Under the pieces are notes generated by a model. That model was not told the DNA's origin, made no database searches, and worked only from the letters and a program-made list of their open reading frames with translations. The position numbers and the translations under genes are program-made. From a virus, in the IMG/VR virus record IMGVR_UViG_2816332652_000003, positions 2,167 through 66,166 of that record: a stretch of 64,000 bases of DNA, one strand, 5' to 3'. Shown here piece after piece: positions 59,917 through 64,000 of the stretch (position 1 is its first letter; each line of letters starts with the position of its first letter).

Positions 59917-60456
59917 TTGTCCGTAGCCCTATTAATTTTTGAAAGGAGTACTATGAGACGTTTGTTAAACAAAAAAATAGTAAACTATATATTTTACATC
60001 TATATATTTTGCTTAATTAATTTTGTAGTTGTTAAATTTTTTGGAGACTTCGACTCAATAATTGCAAGAATTAATGGTGTTCTAGAACAAAGAAAATTTT
60101 TTGGAACTTGGAATTATTCATTTAAATTTTTTAGTACAATTTCTACTGCGATAAGCTCATATAAACAAGATCCAAGTTTAGGACTTGCCATAAAACTATT
60201 CATCGCAAATATTCTATGTTTTGTACCTCTGGGGTATTTATTGGCTTTAAAATTAGAAAAGAATTCAATGATTAGAGTGGCATTAATTTCTCTGGCTATA
60301 ATCTTATGTATCGAGGTAACACAATTTATAACATGTCTCGGTATTGCAGATGTAGACGATGTAATCCTTAATATGCTAGGTAGTGGATTAGGGTACATTC
60401 TTTTCGTTGTAATTGAGAGAATATATCCTTTGAAATCAAAAATAAATAGAATGTAA
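59917..60456 (+). CDS. VanZ-like membrane protein
   Basis: ANILCFVPLG, IEVTQF, DVDDVILNMLG. Confidence 0.85.
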   Translation: MSVALLIFERSTMRRLLNKKIVNYIFYIYIFCLINFVVVKFFGDFDSIIARINGVLEQRKFFGTWNYSFKFFSTISTAISSYKQDPSLGLAIKLFIANILCFVPLGYLLALKLEKNSMIRVALISLAIILCIEVTQFITCLGIADVDDVILNMLGSGLGYILFVVIERIYPLKSKINRM

Positions 60457-60757
60457 CTAAAAAGTAACCCCAAAAACTTTTGATATTGAGGTTACTTTTT
60501 GCTTACATAAATATTTTTATCAAACAGTGTGTCCGGTCTTATTTGTCTAGAAGCTCAGAGGTAGCCTTGCGCCCAGTAGACGTTTGACGATCCGGACCAC
60601 TTAATAATACTTATCTACATCAATAAAGGTACTGCTGGCATAATTGCTGGCAGTGCCTTTTTTTATTTCTTGCCGGTAGGGGGCTATCCACTTATCTAGG
60701 TTAGTATTAGTGGAAATCAGTTTGTCATTCAAAAAGTGTATACTAGGGTTTTAATGC

Positions 60758-60810
60758 GCATAATTTATGCACATTATTTATTGACGTGCATAAATTATGC
60801 ATGTTATAAT
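60758..60810 (+). promoter_or_regulatory. hicAB sigma-A promoter with two operator palindromes
   Basis: TTGACG(60781)-18 bp-TATAAT(60805) with extended TG; GCATAAWTTATGC at 60758 and 60788. Confidence 0.75.
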
Positions 60811-60834
60811 ATAATAAGAGAGGAGGAAATACAT

Positions 60835-61029
60835 TTGAAAATATACTCATCACGTGAGATGGCTAAGATCATCGGAGCTGATGGGTGGTACTTAGTAAGT
60901 CACAATGGAACAAGTCATCAACAGTATAAACATCCAACCAAAAAGGGTCGCGTAACAATTCCTCATCCGAGGAAAGAATTAGACCCTAAAACAGCGAAGT
61001 CAATTCTCAAGCAGGCGGGGCTTTCATAG
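60835..61029 (+). CDS. hicA: HicA toxin
   Basis: GTSHQQYKHP..KGRVTIPHP; TTG start after GAGGAGG. Confidence 0.9.
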   Translation: MKIYSSREMAKIIGADGWYLVSHNGTSHQQYKHPTKKGRVTIPHPRKELDPKTAKSILKQAGLS

Positions 61030-61057
61030 CCCTTCCTCAAAGGAGGTTATAATATAA

Positions 61058-61477
61058 ATGAATGATAAGTACATCTACCCGGCAATATTTGAAAAGGGTG
61101 AAATCAAAGGTTATGTAGTCACATTTCCTGATCTTCCTGGAGCAATTACCGAGGGTGACGACATCGAAGAAGCGTTGCGGATGGCAAGAGAATGTTTAGA
61201 ACTACACTTGTACGGAATGGAAGAGGACGATGAGGAATTACCGATTGCTTCAGATCCCGCAAGCATTGTAGTCCCAGCGCTGTCATTTCTGACAATGATT
61301 GAAATAAGAATGGGTGCAATCAGGGATGAAATGATGAATAAATCTGTAACGAAAAATGTAACTATCCCACGCTGGCTTGAAAAAGAAGCAGCTCGTGAAC
61401 AGCTTAACTTCTCACAAGTATTACAACATGCATTGAAAGAACGGCTTGGAGTTAAGGACTATCCAACAGCTAAATAA
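61058..61477 (+). CDS. hicB: HicB antitoxin
   Basis: YVVTFPDLPGAITEGD; KNVTIPRWL...NFSQVLQ. Confidence 0.92.
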   Translation: MNDKYIYPAIFEKGEIKGYVVTFPDLPGAITEGDDIEEALRMARECLELHLYGMEEDDEELPIASDPASIVVPALSFLTMIEIRMGAIRDEMMNKSVTKNVTIPRWLEKEAAREQLNFSQVLQHALKERLGVKDYPTAK

Positions 61478-61621
61478 GACGAGTGTAGTGCGTGGATTGA
61501 AATGCCACAGGTGTAAAATAAAGAATAAAAATAAATAAATATTGACTATAAACGTCAAAGAAAGTATTAGCCCCTATTGGCAATTGAATTGCTAATAGGG
61601 TTTTTTTTCTTGTTGAATAAA

Positions 61622-61656
61622 GAACGTTTGTTCGCATATAATACAAACAAACGTTC
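61622..61656. promoter_or_regulatory. LexA/DinR (SOS) box(es)
   Basis: GAAC-GTTT-GTTC at 61622-61633 and a near match AAAC-AAAC-GTTC at 61645-61656, overlapping TATAAT. Confidence 0.75.
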
Positions 61657-61667
61657 TTATTGGAGGG

Positions 61668-61868
61668 ATGAACATGCCAATGAAATACCTGGGCTGGTTA
61701 GTTGAAATCATTTATGAAGATCAAAGCGGAAAGATCACGAAACGCCGTATCCAGGTCAAAAGCATTCGATCCGGGATGATCAAAGCTGATGATCTATTGT
61801 CGGGGCAGCCGCGGACGTTTAAAGAATCCGGTTTGCTGGCATGCTATCCAATTAGAACAACAGCTTAG
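61668..61868 (+). CDS. Small WYL/YolD-like protein
   Basis: VEIIYEDQSGKITKRRIQV...GQPRTFK; preceded by an SOS box. Confidence 0.6.
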   Translation: MNMPMKYLGWLVEIIYEDQSGKITKRRIQVKSIRSGMIKADDLLSGQPRTFKESGLLACYPIRTTA

Positions 61869-61879
61869 GAGGCGGTTAT

Positions 61880-62173
61880 ATGTTATCTGATTATGAACGT
61901 AAAATATTGAGGATCTTGTTTAATTACAGTAGTGGCCGCAGACGATTACCGACGATTCATGAACTTACGGTTAAAACAGGTAAGGATAATACGGATGTCA
62001 CGGCTGCTTTGGATGCCCTTGTGTCTGCGAATTACATACAATGGGATGACAAATCAGATTCAGCGAATATCGTCATTTTGGAAGGCTGGGAGCGGGAATC
62101 TGAAAAGCCCCAGCTTCCTGCGTCACCACAGACCATTAAGCCGAATAACACGGATTACTGGACACAATATTGA
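61880..62173 (+). CDS. Winged-helix protein (LexA-N-like)
   Basis: RRLPTIHELTVKTG...ALDALVSANYIQW. Confidence 0.55.
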   Translation: MLSDYERKILRILFNYSSGRRRLPTIHELTVKTGKDNTDVTAALDALVSANYIQWDDKSDSANIVILEGWERESEKPQLPASPQTIKPNNTDYWTQY

Positions 62174-62293
62174 GGAGGAATGAACAGTCTACTATATTTC
62201 CACTTGTCCTAAAAGGGGCATTTGTGTAAGGGATAATGCCATGTTCAATCCTTCTAAATTTTAATAGAGTACATTATATCTAATTTAGGAGGA

Positions 62294-63886
62294 ATGGTAA
62301 TGGCAGATTCAGAGTGTAATCAAAATGCCTCAGGACTTTGTTCTGAGACCGAAGGGAACACAACGACCGCAAGCGGGTTTGCTTCTCACGCGGAAGGATA
62401 CCAAACGACCGCAAGTGCATCTGCTTCCCATGCCGAAGGATATCAAAGCAGCGCCAGCATGGATTCAGCCCATACGGAAGGAAGCCATACACTCGCCTCG
62501 GGAGCTGCATCTCACGCCGAAGGGTATATGACGCCGGCTACAATCGATGCGGCCCATGCGGAGGGAGCCTATATAACAGCATCCGGTTATGAGGCCCATG
62601 CTGAAGGTTACCTTACCGTATCATCAGGACACGCTGCCCATGCTGAAGGCTCCCGAACCACTGCATCAGGATATGGAGCTCATGCGGAGGGTGCTGATTC
62701 AGATGCGAGTGGAAGTGCTTCTCACGCTGAAGGAGTAGGGGCGGCGGCTGTCGGCGATGCATCCCATGCGGAAGGTACGAATACAACAGCACTTGGGGCA
62801 GGGGCTCATGCTGAAGGGCAGTTTACAATAGCCAGTGAAGATGCTTCTCATGCTGAGGGGTTTCGAACAACAGCAAGTGGGATATATTCTCATGCCGAAG
62901 GGTCTTATACATTATCTTCTGGAATGTCAGCGCACGCAGAAGGTGGTTTAGGTAATACGGCTTCAGGAGAATACTCTCATGCGGAAGGAGTGGGTACGAA
63001 AGCTCTTGGCGGTGCTTCACATGCTGAAGGTCAAGCTACTAATGCAGCATCTCATGCCGAGGGTGGATCGTCATTAGTTAGCGGTGTATATTCCCATGCA
63101 AGAGGTCAAGAAACGAGATCAACCGGTACAGCTTCAAGCTCAGAAGGCGGCTTAACTCAGGCTAATGCAAATTATTCACATACTGAAGGGAACTTTACTA
63201 ACGTTCTTTCCGATCATGTTGCCTCACATATAATGGGCATAAATGGAGCAACGTTATACCCTGCTTCATGGCATTTAGCCAATGGTATAAGTCCTCGCTA
63301 TGGATTAGCCGCTGTACTCCAAGGTTCAACCGGGAATCTGTATATTGATGGAACTGTTATGTCACCTGCGGCTGATTACGCAGAAATGTTTGAAACAGTC
63401 GATGGGCAGCCAATTGAACCGGGATATTTCGTGACCCTGGATGGTGATAAAGTTCGGAAAGCAACAAGTTCAGATGACTATGTTGCAGGTATTGTCAGTG
63501 CCAGGCCGTCATTTATAGGGGGAGCCAGCCACCTAAATTGGATAGGCAAATATGAAACAGATGAATGGGGCAAGATCCAATACGAAGACAGAGTGGTTCC
63601 GGAGCAGAAGGATGAGCGGGGAGAAGTTATAATACCAGCTTATACAATCAACAGTGCTGTCATTAGCACCTCTTATGACCATTCACGCGAATATGTCTCC
63701 CGCATAGATCGAATGGAATGGGTTGCCGTAGGAATGATGGGTAAACTCCTTGTTCGGGATGATGGAACCTGCCAAGTGGATGATTACTGCCGACCCAATG
63801 ATGAAGGAATTGCAACTGCTGCTGCTGAAGGGTTCCGAGTATTAGCAAGAACAGGAGCCAATCAGATTAAAGTCCTTGTTAAATAA
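62294..63886 (+). CDS. HAEG-repeat protein with a peptidase-G2 autoproteolytic C-terminal domain (probably chromosomal)
   Basis: More than 20 (S/A)HAEG 14-aa repeats; ADYAEMFE; EWVAVGMMGKLLVRDDG. Confidence 0.85.
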   Translation: MVMADSECNQNASGLCSETEGNTTTASGFASHAEGYQTTASASASHAEGYQSSASMDSAHTEGSHTLASGAASHAEGYMTPATIDAAHAEGAYITASGYEAHAEGYLTVSSGHAAHAEGSRTTASGYGAHAEGADSDASGSASHAEGVGAAAVGDASHAEGTNTTALGAGAHAEGQFTIASEDASHAEGFRTTASGIYSHAEGSYTLSSGMSAHAEGGLGNTASGEYSHAEGVGTKALGGASHAEGQATNAASHAEGGSSLVSGVYSHARGQETRSTGTASSSEGGLTQANANYSHTEGNFTNVLSDHVASHIMGINGATLYPASWHLANGISPRYGLAAVLQGSTGNLYIDGTVMSPAADYAEMFETVDGQPIEPGYFVTLDGDKVRKATSSDDYVAGIVSARPSFIGGASHLNWIGKYETDEWGKIQYEDRVVPEQKDERGEVIIPAYTINSAVISTSYDHSREYVSRIDRMEWVAVGMMGKLLVRDDGTCQVDDYCRPNDEGIATAAAEGFRVLARTGANQIKVLVK

Positions 63887-63911
63887 GCCGAGCTAGAATT
63901 GTTTCGATACA

Positions 63912-63941
63912 GGTCCAATCTTTCAAAAGTTGGACTTTTTT
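63912..63941 (+). terminator. Intrinsic terminator
   Basis: GTCCAA-TCTTTCAAAAG-TTGGAC followed by a T-tract. Confidence 0.6.
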
Positions 63942-64000
63942 GTATTCTGATATCGTCACGCCGAGAGTGTTTAACTCTTTAAATGATGACGTTATGTGCA

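Larger units (their letters stand above)
1..62200 (+). mobile_element. Temperate siphovirus prophage (left end outside the window; right end approximate)
   Basis: Co-oriented early, replication, packaging, head, tail and lysis modules followed by moron genes; no integrase or att site identifiable in the window. Confidence 0.95.

Noticed and set aside
60545-60590. c-di-GMP-I riboswitch on the minus strand (GGGCGCAAGGCTA)
   Set aside because: It lacks the GAAA tetraloop stem and the P1 architecture.
62170-62293. attR core sequence
   Set aside because: It cannot be defined without attL, which is outside the window.
62294-63250. HAEG repeats as a novel repeat array or tail fibre
   Set aside because: They are 14-aa beta-roll coding repeats in a known peptidase-G2-type protein, probably a host gene.
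799-63848. Numerous short antisense or alternate-frame ORFs in the track
   Set aside because: They overlap well-supported genes, lack an RBS and show no motifs.
1-64000. CRISPR array, tRNA or rRNA genes
   Set aside because: I saw no regularly spaced repeat-spacer series, cloverleaf or rRNA-like tract.

Overview
Almost the whole window (1 to about 62.2 kb) is the right-hand part of a temperate siphovirus prophage. The host is a Firmicute, most likely Paenibacillus (inferred from gene content). The integrase and repressor lie upstream of the window. Gene order: Cro/early genes with ParB-like and ORF6C proteins; replication (replisome organiser, DnaI-like loader, phage-encoded beta clamp); HNH and an orphan DNA methyltransferase; a solo IS607-type TnpB with its omegaRNA; an ArpU-like late regulator; a small tyrosine recombinase followed by two dif/lox-like sites; terS and terL; a ~9.7 kb accessory island; head, tail and lysis genes; then a moron region (nucleotidyltransferase pair, secreted proteins, SRAP, ATP-dependent ligase, VanZ-like, HicAB, an SOS-boxed operon). 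A probable host gene (HAEG repeats, peptidase-G2 type) closes the window. The most striking signal is the island between terL and portal. It is built from repeated relics of the phage's own late-control skeleton: an ArpU pseudogene, three late-promoter-like motifs, three copies of a Cys-rich micro-gene, two copies of a ~175-nt non-coding element, several structured RNA-like leaders, and a second diverged terL 3' end. Different defence-like cargo genes (OLD nuclease, PIN, Abi-alpha-like and others) occupy equivalent slots in this skeleton. All family assignments come from motifs read by eye; no database search was run.
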